Origin: Lingula anatina
Taxonomy: Eukaryota > Animalia > Brachiopoda
Length of the DNA: 64,000 nucleotides
Direction: 5' to 3'
Assembly: GCA_051362555.1 (NCBI GenBank)
Contig: CM120645.1
Coordinates: forward strand, 496,001 to 560,000
The position numbers and the translations under genes were made by a program. Shown in pieces: positions 13,755 to 29,000 of the stretch. The notes below the pieces were generated by a model. That model did not search any database, was not told the DNA's origin, and saw only the letters and a list, made by a program, of their open reading frames with translations. The first letter of the stretch is position 1. Every line of letters starts with the position of its first letter.

Positions 13755-16700
13755 TGAGAGAGAGGGTTCCTTTTCAAAAGATAAGAAAGGGATGAGGGGA
13801 AATCTCTGAATTGCATTTCAAAAGTTGTGGAAATTATATATGGAAATGAAATAGTGATACAAAGGAAATTTTTCAAAATAATTGAGTTTGAAATTATTGA
13901 GATATCTGAAATAATTTAGACATTCAAAACACGTGAATAGTTTTAAAGAATTTACAGGGAATGACACTTATCCTATCAAAATTCACAGTGAAATATCAGG
14001 AGGCAAATTTGACAGATTGCTGACATTTAGGGTTTCATATCAAAGTGGAGGTTGACTTCTCGCAAGAAAACAAACATAATTGGACAGTCTGTGCTTTATG
14101 AAGCATGTTTCTCTATGTTATGACAACATTTCAGTAACTTTTATGCCATTTAAAAAAGGAAAACTTCTAAATTGCCGTCAAGCCTGGGATGTTTTTTTCA
14201 TCACTTAAACATTTTGCTTCTAAGGTCCATGGAAAAAAAATCATAGAGGACAATAAAAGTTGAACTGGACAAAATATCAGCAAATAGCCTGCGGCAGCGG
14301 CAAATATTATAATTTCGGTCCATCACTGATGTTGGCACGGAGAGCTTGTTGCTGATAAACATATCTACAAAACTTCACCTCGCGTGTTTTCTGCCTCACT
14401 ACAGCAGTGTTGATCTCTCCCCGCCGGCAGTAACAGTATCATCAGCATTCACCACACCACTGGAACTAGTAACATTAAAGTGACTGCTTCCTTCCAGCTG
14501 CAGGGGCTGAGGCCTTGTGGCTAGGGGGAGAATTCCTCTACTCCTGTCTTCATCCCTCTCCAGGGCCAGGCAGAATAAAATAAAATGCCCTTGTCAAGCA
14601 TTTGTATGATTTAGAAGAGAAGGGGTAAGGGGGGGGGGGGCTTGGTGTGGCATCGCATGTTTTAAGAAAAAAGAGAAGTCTTATTTATGAATATTTAAAA
14701 GATGGGCATTATCTGCCCTGCTGTGAGGTATGAGATTTATGGTGCCAGTGGATGGATTTGTGTACAGTGATGCTAAACCAGGGTTGATTTTAACCAAAGT
14801 TTTTCTGCTGCTGTGTTAGTAGTTAAACATGTGGCTGGCCATGCATTGAGTTTGTCTTGGGGCCCCCTGCAGGTCTAATGACACGTGCTGCCCTCGCATG
14901 AGATCTGCCAATCTGTCATCTAGCGATATCTCGGAGAAATATGATCAGTCCATGATGGAATGTTAAGGCCAGGGCTTCATCATCATTAAAATATTGTTGA
15001 TTTTTGTAGGGTTTTCAAGATCAACTATTTTATTGTTCACCAAAATTTCACTTTAAACTTGGGGCATGTGTATGTTTTTTGTTTTTTAGTAAAAGCCTTT
15101 TTCTCCCCTCTAAAGTCTTAAAAAGACCAAAACAATCTTTCCTTGAATTTTTTAAATTGTCAATTCGAAATCTAGTTATATATTTGATTTTACATCTTAT
15201 GGATGTCAAATTGATTTTTCATTAAGTGGAACCATCTCTTCCTCTTTTTCAGAGCCTCCAACAAGATTGATGCTATAGATGGCAGTGTTCTCCAAGACCT
15301 GCCTGCCTTGGAGTCTCTGGATCTCAGCATGAACAAACTGACAGAAATCAAGTTGGGGATCTTTGAGAATAACAGTGCCATGCAGCAACTGTGAGTAGCT
15401 TCTAAAAGAGATATCTTTCTTGCTTTCTTTCTATTTTATTTCTTATTACACTTCATTTCCAAACACCTCAATTAAAAGCAGTACAAGTGATGGTGACATA
15501 TAAGGAGAAAGTTACTACACATGCGGAATGTGGTGGTTGCTTTCTGAGTGCTTTTCTAGTTATGATATTTTGCTGTGGGGAAATAAGTCTCATAATATTT
15601 CATGTCTCCCTTGGAAAAACACTCTCTGTTCTTACTCGCCTCCTCCCCCCCCCCCCCCCCCCCCCCCCCCTCCCACAAACCCTATCATTTGTCTGAAGGG
15701 AGGGACCCATAAGAGAATGTTAGTACAATACTTTTACACATTGATCAATCTGGTGTGGGGATTGGGTGGATAAAAACGTGTCAAAATCTTATGTTAATAA
15801 TTGGAGGGGTCAGTGAAGTCATTGACTATTGATGATTGGATGAGGGCTTAGTGGAAATTCACTGAAGCGTATCAGAGGCGAGTTAAACCCTGGTATAGAT
15901 TTCTTTAGGTGACTAAAATGTCGTGTTTTCAGAGAGGACTGTGAGGTTTTTTTGGGGCTTATTGCTTATCTGGTGTACAGATTATAGTGCATTCTAATTT
16001 TCCAAGATTTTTTTTCTACCTCTACAGTTCCTGTTCTTGGAATATTATCAGTAGGAGCTGTAAGTGCCTTTTTTTTGCACATAAAGTGATGTGACATTTT
16101 AGCACCTTTAGTATTTTGACAAGAGCTAAGAGAAAGCAGAAAGTATTGATCAAGATGGGGTTTGTGCGTTGGGTGGAGTGCTTGATGCAGCTTTTGAAAA
16201 ATATATTGAACAACAATGATACAAGAATAATAAATACGTGCACATTTCTAGATAATTAAAGAGTGCAGCCATTCTGTATAGAATTCCCTCATACTCTTTG
16301 AAAAAGCTTTTTTTCTGTATATCTTGTAAATTTTTCACACCTGTGGGTTTTGATAAGTATTATGTCAGTGACTTTGTGTGGCAGTTTTGTGCCACTGTTC
16401 CCACTGAACTTGTATCAGGGACACAAACACATGAAATTCTATGATTAATTGATGGAAATCTAAATGAATTGAAAAGACGTGGAAACAACAACATCTGTTC
16501 TTTACATTTTGAACAATGGATCTAGTTGGTATTTTTTTAAAAAAAACTAGACTTTGATAAAAGTTCTTTTAATTGAATGTGTATTAAAAAACTTATTATT
16601 TATTTAGAGTGAACAGCAGATCAGTCTATTCACATTGAAGATCTATTTATGAGTTCATGAAAAAGGCATCCATTTTCTTTCTTTTTTATTCTCCAGAACA

Positions 16701-16899
16701 TTAAACAACAACAAGATCAAGGTTTTGGAGGAGCATACGTTGGACAACTTAGCCAAACTGGAAGTTCTGAAGATCAGCAGAAATCGGTTGTCTGGGTTAC
16801 CCAAAGATCTCTTCCGGCAGCTGAAAAAATTGAAATTTTTGTAAGTATTGCGCTCATCAACCTCTTTTTACACTCACTGAACAGGACGAATTGCGCAAT

Positions 16900-16934
<35 letters not shown>

Positions 16935-18492
16935 TTTTTGATAAACAAATCCAAGGTGTCTGGTTGAAAACTGTAGAAAGTGATTCTTTATTTGATATTT
17001 GGGAGGAGTATTCTAAAAAAAAGATTTATGAATGAATAAAAATAAATTAATTAATAAAAGATTTTTCAATAGAAAAGAGGTATTGTAATAGAGTTATGGT
17101 GAGCCTGGCTACCAAAGCACTCTCTGCTACGCGCTGCAGGTGCTGCTTGTGTAACTAATTAAATCGTGAAAAAAACTTAGCGTACCAGGCTCCCTATTGT
17201 GACAGTTGACACGAGGTACGGAGGACACTCTCTAAACAATACCCCTTTTAACAACAGAAACTGCTGGATCTGGAAAACTCAGCGACAACTGATGTGGATC
17301 TCCCACTTCATACCAGCATCGACTGAGCAAAAATGTTTTTAACAATTATGAAAGATGTTTTGACGCATGAAGAAAGAAGCTCAAATGTTATACAAATGTT
17401 TTTTCAGTTAGTCTTTGTAACCTTTGAGACTGATAAATATTATTCCGGAGAGTATTATGCAATTTTTTTTAGTGTAAAGAAATGCGATTGTAAAAAAACA
17501 TGCATAGAATCAATTATGACAGTTGTCCTATTGCGCAACAACATGACTTGTCAACGTCTGTGACAAAGTCTGAGGGTGCTTGGCCGAGTGACAAAATTAC
17601 TAAATTGATTCACATGACAGTAATTGGATAGTGTGGCACTAGGGGCGGACTGTGGTGACAGGTGCTGTATTGGCTGTCATACAGGGTGGGGGTGGGGCTG
17701 GGGGGGGGGGGGCGGTAAGATAACCACAGAAAGGGCCATATCTTTTCTCTAGTCTCATCTCAGCATAATGTACCTTTTTGATAGGTCAACTAAATTTTTC
17801 ATGTATTCAAATGTTTGGGCATGTGTGTGTAACAGTGCTTGGTTAAAAATAAGTACAGAACATTTATTTTAGAAATATATAATAAATAAGTTAAAGACTT
17901 TGTAAAAAAAAAACATTGCATGGTGTCATTGCATGTGTGACAGTTATATTCTGTATACACTGTAACAAGAAGCCCAAACATGAGGCAGTCGTGTTCACCC
18001 TCCACGCCACCATAATGGTGTGTTTGACATGGTGCTGGCCGCCATAATGGTGTGTTTGACATGGTGCTGGCGTTGTCAAAATTTTGGTGATGGATGGGAC
18101 CCTGTGTTACCTCACAAAATAGATGATCATCCATGTTAATGGGCCCTGGTGCAGTACTGCCTGCCCTTGTCATGGATACTGTGTTAGATTTCAGTGTCCC
18201 AGGTTTTCCATGCATTGTAAAGAGGAAAAAAATAATGAGAAAGTTGCTTATTATGTGGAGAGTATATATATATATATATGTAGAAATGGCCACACATCGC
18301 ATGATTCAAAAATATGACTGATTTTTTTAAAGAGTTTTTAAGGATACAGAAAAAGAGAAAGAGTTTGCAAGAGAGTTATAGGACAAATAAAACTTCTGGA
18401 AAAGATATTATATTTCAACATTTACATTTTGATCCCAAGTGAATAAATTGCAACAAAGGTAAATTGCCCCTCTCCCCCCACCCACCCACACA

Positions 18493-18543
<51 letters not shown>

Positions 18544-21365
18544 ACACTAATAGCCAGTTCTCTTCATCCAAACTCAACACATTTTAAGGTGTGAAAGTAT
18601 CAACAAAGTAGACTTCTGTCAAAATATTGGGCTCTTAGTTGGCATTTTGTGTATATTTTTGGTAGGGAAGAGAGTTTGTGTGTCTTCTGCCTGGAAACAG
18701 TTTCATTCTAGTATTGTTTTAGCATGAAGTCATGACATCAGTCAATACATGCATCTGCCATGGGGATTTGGAAAGTCTTCGATAATCTCTTCAATTTTTA
18801 ATTTGTCTGTGATTTTTTTTTTTTTTTGTAATGATTTTGACCACTTTGAATCATCCTGAGTTGTCCAAAATTTGGATCAGTTAATGTTAAACTATTAGAT
18901 AAGTTCAATCTACATGAGTAGTTATGCACGATATTCTCATATTTTCTAGGGATCTCAGCCGCAATCGGTTCACAGAGATCAATGGTCTTGCCTTCAAAGG
19001 ACTAGACAACCTAATTACGCTGAAGCTCAAGAAAAACCGGCTCAAGGCCATGGCGGATGGCGCGTTTTATGGACTGCATAATATACAAAATCTGTAAGTA
19101 ATGTATTGTTTACTAGTATAGGAATTTCAGGGAAAATTTGTTTTGACATGTCCTGAAAATGAAGGCGTTTTAGAATTCATTTTTGTCACTATCTTTCAGT
19201 TTTTCCTTTTAAAAATGTCTTATTTACCCATGGGACCTAAACCTGAGACCTTTGAAACATCTTGTAAATGTTAAATAGTTTGTGACATTCAAGTTAAATG
19301 ATAATTTGCAGAAAGACGCGTGTTGAAATTTAGGCTCATCTTGGTTAACAGACACATACATAGTTTCAGAAAGGGTTGATAGGTGATTGCTAATGTTTCT
19401 GCTGTTATAGTTTTTGTGGAGTGATGACTAAAAGCTGCAACAACGATTTCCTGGATTTTTGGCACATTTTAACTAAGTCATGACTTAAACCTCTGTATCG
19501 AAGTGAAATTTTTCTTATTTCTAAATTAGTTTATTCTGCTTTTAATTGTAACATTAAAATTTTTTGTCAGAAATTGTGTAAAAAATACTAAATGAATAAA
19601 GATATAAAATATGTACGTTATTTTTTGTTTTTGCTTTGTATTATACAGCTGTATTTTCTGATTTTCAGATATCTTGATGCCAATAACATCAGCGTGGTCA
19701 CCAAGAAGTGGCTGTATGGGCTAAACAAAGTCCAGTTGCTGTAAGTTGACTTCTTCTATCACTTCTACAGAATATTTTATAATGTACACTGAGCAAAAAT
19801 ATGCCCCCCCCCCCACCCTCCCCAAAGTGAATTGTTTGTGTAATGTAATGGGTGACACCAAATCAACTGCTATTAATCTGTAGCACATTCAACAACCAAA
19901 TTAATTTTTAAATATTTGAAATATTGCATTGAGGGTTTATATTTTTGCTCAGTATATTTAATGAGACACACAAATATCCCACATCCCTGAGTTTTTCCCG
20001 TGGAATCTTTTCACCTGATTACTGAAATGTTTGCCTCGCATTTTGATCAGTCCTACACATGGTTTACCCTTAAGAAGGCATTCCAGAGGTTTCTGTCTCT
20101 TCATAATTGAGTTTTCTGTTAAAAGTTTTAAGAAATTCAGGCATTATTTATCCTGCCTAGTTACCGTGGGTCCCTCCTGTAATGTATTGAGTTGAAGAGG
20201 TTGGTATAATCAGACAGGGGATGAGGCTTGTTAACTCAATACGAACAACATGTTCGAGAAATTTAAAGAGATGGCTTCCCAAACCGGAACCTCATGCCAC
20301 TGGGTTAGGAATATATTGTGGAACAATTGATAAAATATGGATCAAAAGGTCGTTAATTCCTGCAGGCTGCAGATATCTTGGTGGAAAATATATTCCATCG
20401 GTGATGTTGCGTAGAGTGAGAAAAAGAATTGTTTGCTTGGACTTTTTTGGGGTTCTGGAAAAAAATCAGCAGATATAGATTTATTTTGCTGGTCCCTATT
20501 TTACTGGTGTGTTTTTCACCATGGTAGGGCAGGTGTAGGTTGAATTCTACAAATGAGTGATGTCTGCACCAGAGATGCATAGTGTTGAAAAATCCTGGAT
20601 TTACTTCCAGATTGTAATTAATGGCTGCCATGCAGAGTGTTGGCATGGTCTAACACGAGAATGTTGGTATTTGGCAGTTAACATCACCTAAGCCATATTT
20701 AGATAATTAGACAACAAATCCTGGAATTAACACACATCATCTTGTGTCACGGCCCGGCAGCGAGAGAGGGGATGTTTACCAATATGTCCCATCACTCGGA
20801 CTTCATTTACATTCACAACACATCCTGGGTAAGGGCTGATTTCGCAAGCTAAAATAAGCATGTGGGCCCGTTTTGGCGTTTGTTTCTGGAGCACGGTGTT
20901 GATCAGCCGGGTTGTTAGTCCACTTGTATAAACAATGCCGTGTTGGTTCTAGCCAGCTTTCTCACCAGGTTTTAAATCATTACTGTCTGCAACATGTGAC
21001 CTCTAGTGGTGAGACTTGCGCAATCCCAACCTGCAATATCGTGATGATATTTAGCTCAAAAGAAGTGATGGGGAAGACCCAGCCGCCTTGTAAAAAAGGG
21101 CAAGCGTAAAGGCAAATGATGCAAGTCAATCCACATGGTTGATAACATTGATACTAGTGAAGGGGAGTTGATAGGGTCGGGGGGGGGGGAGCTGGGGGTT
21201 GTCTGGGAGCAGCTGTCTCTACAGGAGTACACAAGTTCTTGACCTTGAGGATCTGAACGAGATATCGAGCTCTTTTCAGTGCTGCTCCCTGCTGGTAGAG
21301 ATATTGTTATCCTAGGCTGGCATTTTAGACTTGGGCCTTCATATAAAGAAGCTACTGCCTAAATT

Positions 21366-21402
<37 letters not shown>

Positions 21403-22997
21403 TCCTCCTTTGCCCCCTCTCTGAAGCAGTGATTAGAACTTGAGCTACAGGTGCCCTGGTTGCTGTTCTATTGTATAACCTGGCTGTTATTGATAACTGC
21501 TATAAAGTTTGTGGGGAAACAGTCTGATTATCACAAAGGCAAAGGGGACAGTGATCTAATGAGAGTTGCATACACACACTGGGTGAATACAGATATGGCC
21601 TTTGGTTTGTGAACATGATACGGCAGGAATTAGTCTACTTGTCTTAGGGTGCATTCCCAGAGATTTAGATCGATCCATAGATTTAGATTTAGATCGACCT
21701 AACTCCCTGGGGGTTCACGCTAAATTGCAATCAGTCAGTGCACCATAGTTAATTACCCCCTTACAGCTTTTAGTAGGCGGGACAGACACTTAAGCTGGCT
21801 AAGCTGATAGTAATCTAGTGAGACTCCTCACAGGGATAGATTGATCTAAAATCTATGGGAATGAGGTCTTAAACTCATCCTTAACAGATAACTGTAATGT
21901 TAAATATGCAAAAACTGCATTAAAAACATTGTTATATATATGTTAAGAAGTTTTCTGGATATTAATTGAATTTTGAATAAATTTTACATTATATAGTTTG
22001 GAAATTTTTGATGATTATGAAAAAGAAGTATATATTCATGTTTTATTTTTCCAGATCCCTGTCCCATAATGCCATATCAAACATCAGCAAAGGCTCATGG
22101 GAATGCTGCCCTATGTTACAACAGCTGTAAGTCCACTTCAACTTCAAAACATCAACTTTTTCTTCCACCTGATCAAAGAACTAAACTTTATAACTAAACA
22201 TGGATTCATAAAAGAAGATTATGATAAAGAGCACCATAACAAGTCAAACTTTTTTCTGTATAGTATTTTCCCAGTAATATTGAAAATTATTCATGTAACA
22301 AGTTATTCAGGATAGTCATTAAGGTTATAATATCTGGCCTTGCAGTGACCTGTCCAGTAACAGACTGACCACAATCGTAGAGGACAGCACTTTCCACCTC
22401 CTGCCATTACTACGCGTTCTTACGTTGACCAATAACCAGATCTCGTACATTGCGGGAGGTGCCTTCAGGAGCATGGGCAATCTGGAAGTGTTGTAAGTAT
22501 CTCAGGGTATTCATACAGCTATCAGCTATTGTGAATGTGAGATGGTATCTGAAGGGAATTGAATTAAGAAAAAATAATTATCAGAATCGCATAGGTTTCA
22601 GCCCATTCAGGCATGATTTCTGTTACTGCTGTAATTTAAATTGTTAATTTTTTATCGTGCCAGGTGTTCTTTGATAAGTAGATTATTTCAAAGGAAATGA
22701 ATACACGTTTGAAAATGTAATCACCAAAATTTCGATTTTCAGAGAGTTGGCTGGCAATGAGATATCCTGGACTATTGACATGAATGCAGCATTTGAAGGT
22801 TTGACCAGTTTACTGCAGTTAGATCTAAACAATAATCACATCAAGTCCATCTCTACCACCTCCTTCAGCGGCCTGGTACAGCTGCGCCATCTACAGTTGG
22901 TTAACAACAACATCACCTCCATACAGGAAGATGCATTTGCTGATCTTGTGAGCTTGGAACAGATGTAAGTTTTCAATCATATTTGTTTGTGCGTGCG

Positions 22998-23071
<74 letters not shown>

Positions 23072-26000
23072 TCCACCATCATCTTTAGGTTAAACACTAA
23101 ACAGATCAAATGTTTTGTCCATCCCTTCAAAATTTGAACTCTCAGAGTCTAAAAGATGATTAAAAAAACACAACTATCTCCTCAAAAACAATAGAAAAAA
23201 TACAAACAGGAAAGTTCAAGGAGAACTTCATTGTTGGGCATAAACAGTGATTCTCTGTTTACAGTACTCCAAACGTAAAGTACATTGAGTCTTCAGGTCT
23301 TCTTTTTTATTTGGACAGTGATCAAGAAAGCAGTGTATTAAATAAGCAAGCCTGTTCTTCACCTCCACTGAGACAAGAGGTTACCAGACATAAGACTGAG
23401 TCATCTTAGCTTTAGAATTGTGAAAGGATGTTTGAATTGGCTGAAAATCTCTTTATCTTTATTTTTTTGTGATTCTCAGCCTGTAGAGCACCACCTATAT
23501 TAAAATGTAATGATTATGAAAATATTTTGTAAAATGGCAATTCAATAAGAACAGTAACAAACAGATTTTTTTTTTTTTTTTTTTTTTAGATTAAAAAAAC
23601 ACAATCTCAGAAAAAGTTAATACTCTGAAAATTGTACTTAACAAGAAATTATCTCTTCTTGGTTAAATCTTATTTTAAGATTTATGTTACATGGAATTAC
23701 ATATGAGTTTATAAAAAATGAAAATCACAGACTGACGATCAGTCTGGTCTTACTTACAGTGGATTTAGTCACCGTATTCTGTGCCAAAAAATAAGGTAGG
23801 AGTCAAGGTGCTGAATGACAGCTTGGTTTATTTTTACTTTCAGTAAATTCAACACCAGCACACTCCTGTGTGACTGCCAGCTAAAATGGCTGCCAATATG
23901 GCTGCAGCAGAAGCAGTTTGAGGCGATGGTCAGTGCTCGATGTGGTCATCCAAGAACACTGCAGGGCTCCAGTATACTGGACGTGAGCCAGGAGGACTTT
24001 ACTTGTAGTGAGTTGAAACTCCCCAACTTCACTTCTTGGTTTTTGATCCTTCACTTAATAAAAGTCTGAAAAAAAATTAATATTTTTTGGCATTTGTTCT
24101 TTCACAACTTTAGATCTGAAAAAAATTCAAACTTCTTTTTTTAATTAAAAAAAAATTTACAACATAAAAGATCTGTGAAAGGTTTGTATTCCAATTGATG
24201 ATTGAAGCAATTTCTGTATAGATCTATATTAAAAAATAGATGTTGTATATTTTAGCTGACTTTCCAAAGCCAGTGATGGTGACTGAGCCAACAGCAGTCA
24301 TTGCACTGAAAGGCAACAACATGAGCTTGTCTTGTGCTGTACAGAGCAGCAGTGACTCTCCCATGAAGGCAGAGTGGAGGAAGAATAGTGTGGTGAGTAG
24401 CACTTTTATGCATAATTTTCAAAAATAAAATTCTCTTTGTAATAAGATTGTGAGTTTAAATGTTTAAGTATTTTAAAGGATTTATTTATTAATTATTTAT
24501 TTACTTAATTTTACTTGTGTTTTTGACTGTATTAGGATAATACTAAGACTATCACTGATATTTTACAATTTCATAATTTGCATTTTCTTTTTCAGCCAAT
24601 GCATAATGCAAATGTAGAGAACTTTGCATCGCTGAGGAACGACAACGTGATCAAGTTGACATCCATCCTCCACTTGACGCATGTCCAGGATGTGGACTCG
24701 GGCAGCTACCAGTGCATTGTTACCAACCAGTTTGGATCTGTCTTCTCCAAGAAGGCCAGAGTTAATGTATATGGTAGGTTTCAGCATGTGTTTTGGATTG
24801 GAGCTAGTAACTATTATTTGACATATGTATTGTATATATGCTTAGTTTGGGAGGAGGGAAGAATTCATTGAGCTTGTGAATGGTTGATTTTCAAAAAGGT
24901 TAATCATTTTGGCCAATGAGAAGTGATTTATTTTTTTAACATCTTAACATGGAGACAATGAAAAAACCTATTTCACCATATAAGCATATAGTTGTCTCTA
25001 TGTGTTGTGCCTAAGATTGAAACTGGGATATCTGTATTGATTGAAATTTGTCTGAGATCTCAGGACGTGAGTGACAGTGGGTGTTTTTGTTTGTGTGTCT
25101 TGGAGACATACTCTGTTATTCGTATCCAGTCTGTGTGTAACAATTGGAGCAGACGGCAGACAGACATTATCAATACAGTTCAATAGGGGTCAGCACTCCC
25201 AAGATAAGCCACACAGACTTTGAGGGGTTTGCTGTGAAGTTTTGCTCTGTGTGTGCCTAGATAAATAACTTACTACCTTTATCTGCTACAATTACTTCCC
25301 CCGATACTGCCTGGTGCACCTGTATGCAGGGGTTGTGTAATAGTCTCTTTTTCTCTTCCAATTGAGGTCGAAGAAGGTTTAGAATTGTTACGCATTTTCA
25401 CACTTTGCTGCCTTCCTGTTATTGATTTTCTAGTGATTATTTAGTGGCTCCATTCATCTGTACTGGTGTCAGTGTCAGTGGGTATTAGCTCGGCTAATGT
25501 GGCCACAAAAGATGTCTGGTTTATTACCAGCTGTGAGAGAGGAGAAGCACAGTGGGGACAGGAGCCTGTCTTCTCAGCCAGGGGCAGGAGTTGAGGCCCT
25601 GTGAGGGGGGGGGGGGGGAGTTGTTAATTTACCTGTTTGGATATTGTGAGACTTGGGACTAATATATAGTAATGTGGAGTAATGTAGAGTGATGAATGCT
25701 GTTTGTTTTGTCAATGAAAGATGATGTCCAAGCAAGGTGTTTCATTATGGAATTTATTGTTATTGACTGACCTTGTGCCCATCCCTTTAACAGGAAATAA
25801 TAAGACCAAAATGCTTCCTGCTGCAGAAACTGATACATGGGATTTTGTCCACTAACTTGAACAAAATAAAGATAATTTTAAGAAAATATAATAGATTGCT
25901 TCTTAACAGAAAATGAAAAACCATTTCACTGCATTAATGTGTCTTATTTGATCCAGTCTACCTGGAATCTATTCATTTCTATTCATTTTCTGAAATCTAT

Positions 26001-29000
26001 TTTTTTACATGTGAAATTTAAAAACTATGTAATTGTCCCCATATTTATACAAAAGACACTGAAGAAACTGCTTAATTTTTTCCAGTCTATCCGGTGTTCA
26101 CTAAGACCCCCCTCGATGTGTCCGTTAAGGCGGGAAAAACAGCCAGACTGGAGTGTGCAGCACACGGAGAGCCACAACCAGAGGTCTTCTGGCAGAAAGA
26201 TGGGGGCGAGGACTTCCCAGCTGCACGTGAACGGCGCATGATGTTTGCTAGAGAGGACGACGTGTTCTTTATCTTAAAAGTGAGCAGTTTGGACCAAGGG
26301 TTGTACAGTTGCATGGCCAGGAATGGAGCCGGAACTATCATCGCTAATGCCACGCTGACAGTGTTTGGTGGGTAGAGTTCGGTATTCAAATCTCTCTAAC
26401 CATGTTTTTTTGTGAATTAAATTCAGCTCTGGACTTAATTTGTTATTAGTTACACCATTTTTTGATTTGTCATTAGTTACACCATTTTTTGATTAATCTA
26501 GGTCTAATTTGTTCATTCTTACATTTGCCTGAAGTGTTATTCTTGAAGTTAGAGTATAGCACCTACACAGAAGTTTGGGTGTATTTGGAGAACTGTAAGA
26601 TTATAAGTTGTAATTCCTCTTCAGAAAACCCGTCTTTTGTCAAACCAATGGAGGACAAGCAGACTAAGGTTGGGGAGACCACTGTCCTGGAATGCCTGGC
26701 TGCAGGGAGTCCCAAACCCAAACTGACCTGGCTCAAGAACGATAAACCGCTGGGGGTGACGGAACGCCATTTCTTTACAGCCAACGACCAGTTACTGGTC
26801 ATTGTCCAGACACGGCCAGAGGATGCCGGGAGGTATACGTGTGAGATGTCCAACACTCTGGGGATGGAGAGAGGGACGTCCCAGCTGACTGTTATCAATT
26901 TGGAGTCCCCCTCACCTGGAAACAATGGCGGTGGATTGGATGACGAGTCCACAACGACAGGGATTATAATAATAGCTGTGGTGTGCTGCGTGGTGGGAAC
27001 GTCCTTGGTCTGGGTGATTATTATTTATCAGACCAGGAAGAGGAGTGACACATACAGCAGTACACCTACAGGTGAGAACATGTGATATGATATTCCTTTA
27101 TTGTTTTATTAGATGAAGTTGTCTGTTCAGTTCTTTATCAGTATTAGGGGAAGTCACAAAAAACTTTCATTGCGAAAGTCTGAATGCACTATATTTCATT
27201 AAATTAAACTTTTTATATATTTCATATTTCATATATTTCATAAGAATAAATTCTCCTTAATATATAAAGCTCTAGGTTTTTACTAGTTCAGCAATATTTC
27301 AGTGTCACAAAAATGAGGCTTTAGGAATGCTAATGCTGCTTTTGTTGCATAACACAGCTGTTGAAATTTTTTTGCTGGATCTTTAATGAAATATTGTAAT
27401 TTCTACAGATGAGACAACTTTACCCGGTGACTTGACGCCATATAATCCATCAGATGAGGAACGGGAAAGCTCAAAGTCAGACCAGTTTCTGGAGTATCAG
27501 GGACATGTGTTACCCATGTTCCAGTCACACCCCCGGTACGCCAAGGCGGAGTGTGGGCGCTCGGCAGCCATCTTCCCAAGTGATGTGGAGGATGACGATC
27601 TAAAACAGTCAGTGCCGCTGACTTGTGATGAACACCAGCCGGCTGCAGAGTCAGGTTTGTGCTAAGATGATTTTAAAAAATTTAAACTCTTTTTTACATC
27701 TTCAGAATTGTTAAAAGTTGTGAAGATAATTGTACCACCAGCGTTAGCGCTGGCGGTACACATGGTTTTAGTCCCGTCCGGTCCGTTCCGCCGGCTCCTG
27801 CGGCTCCGCCGCCATGTTACCGTTACCGCTTCTCCTCCTAGACGGTAAGGGCCCCCATACCCATCTCTTGGATTTAGGTCACCTATAATCTCAACTCGTT
27901 CCACGTAAAATTTGGGCTTTGTCGGTATTGGGGTCTAGGTGTGGCACTCATTGCAATGCACCCTTGTCCAAAAATGGCAAAATTAAATGCTAATTATCTA
28001 CCCTACGGAAGGAATTATGGGAAAAATTTCTACAGACAGCTTTCCAAAAGTCATATGTGTAGATTTCAAATATGCCCTTGGATTTGACCTTTGACCTTTA
28101 TTTCAAGGTCAAACGGGCAAAAATTTTCAAAAAAATGAATTTTTTTACGAAAAAAAATTTATTTGCCCTGTTATTCAGACACCACACAGACTTAACCAAT
28201 AATATTATTGGAAAATGTTACCCTTCAGGTCATCTTTCATCTGTGTGAATTTGGGGTCAATCGGTGCATTTTCACGGGTGTAGCGGCCATAAGATACCGA
28301 AACTGAAAACTGTCTCTAATTCGGGAACCGTTAATGCTAGAGACCCATTCTTTTTTGCATTTTGTAGAGCATATAAAGCCCAACACTGGAGGTGGTCTCC
28401 GTTTTTTTGTATTCCATACGGTTTTCGAGTTACGCTGTATCAAAAAGTACATATTGGTGGTGAAAGCAAAAAGTGCAGTACGGTAATGGATAATAAATTT
28501 TGAACTCCGGAAAAATAAAACATAAGGCTTGGCAAAGCAGACAACTTGTGGTCAAAAATGACATTATTTCATCAAATTTGAACTTCTGGAACTTCAGAGC
28601 ACCTCCCATTTCAAGAATTTTGACCAAAATGACCTTTTCTTTATTTTAATTAATTTTTTCTGTAGGAAATTTATGGCACATTAAGGTAACTCCGAAATTA
28701 TAACATTTAGTCCCTTATATCTCCAAAACTGGAAGAGATAGGTCCATAGTTACTATTGAAGTTGAATAGGAAGTCATATACTGGCAATCTTACTGTGACC
28801 TTGAAATTGACCTTTGACCTACTTTTCACCATGAATTGAACTTTGCAAATTTTGCTTCCCTTTTATCTCCAAAACTGGCAGAGATAGGTCCATAGTTACT
28901 ATTGAAGTTGAATAGGAAGTCATATACTGGCAATCTAAATGTGACCTTAAAATTGACCTTTGACCTACTTTTCACCATGAACTGAACTTTGCAAATTTTG

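Noticed and set aside
17799-18321. 167-aa minus-strand ORF and a 30-bp direct repeat (18010/18042)
   Set aside because: Intronic, no recognisable domain; the repeat is a local duplication.
26489-26624. N-terminal extension of the 198-aa ORF
   Set aside because: Intronic sequence upstream of the acceptor at 26624.
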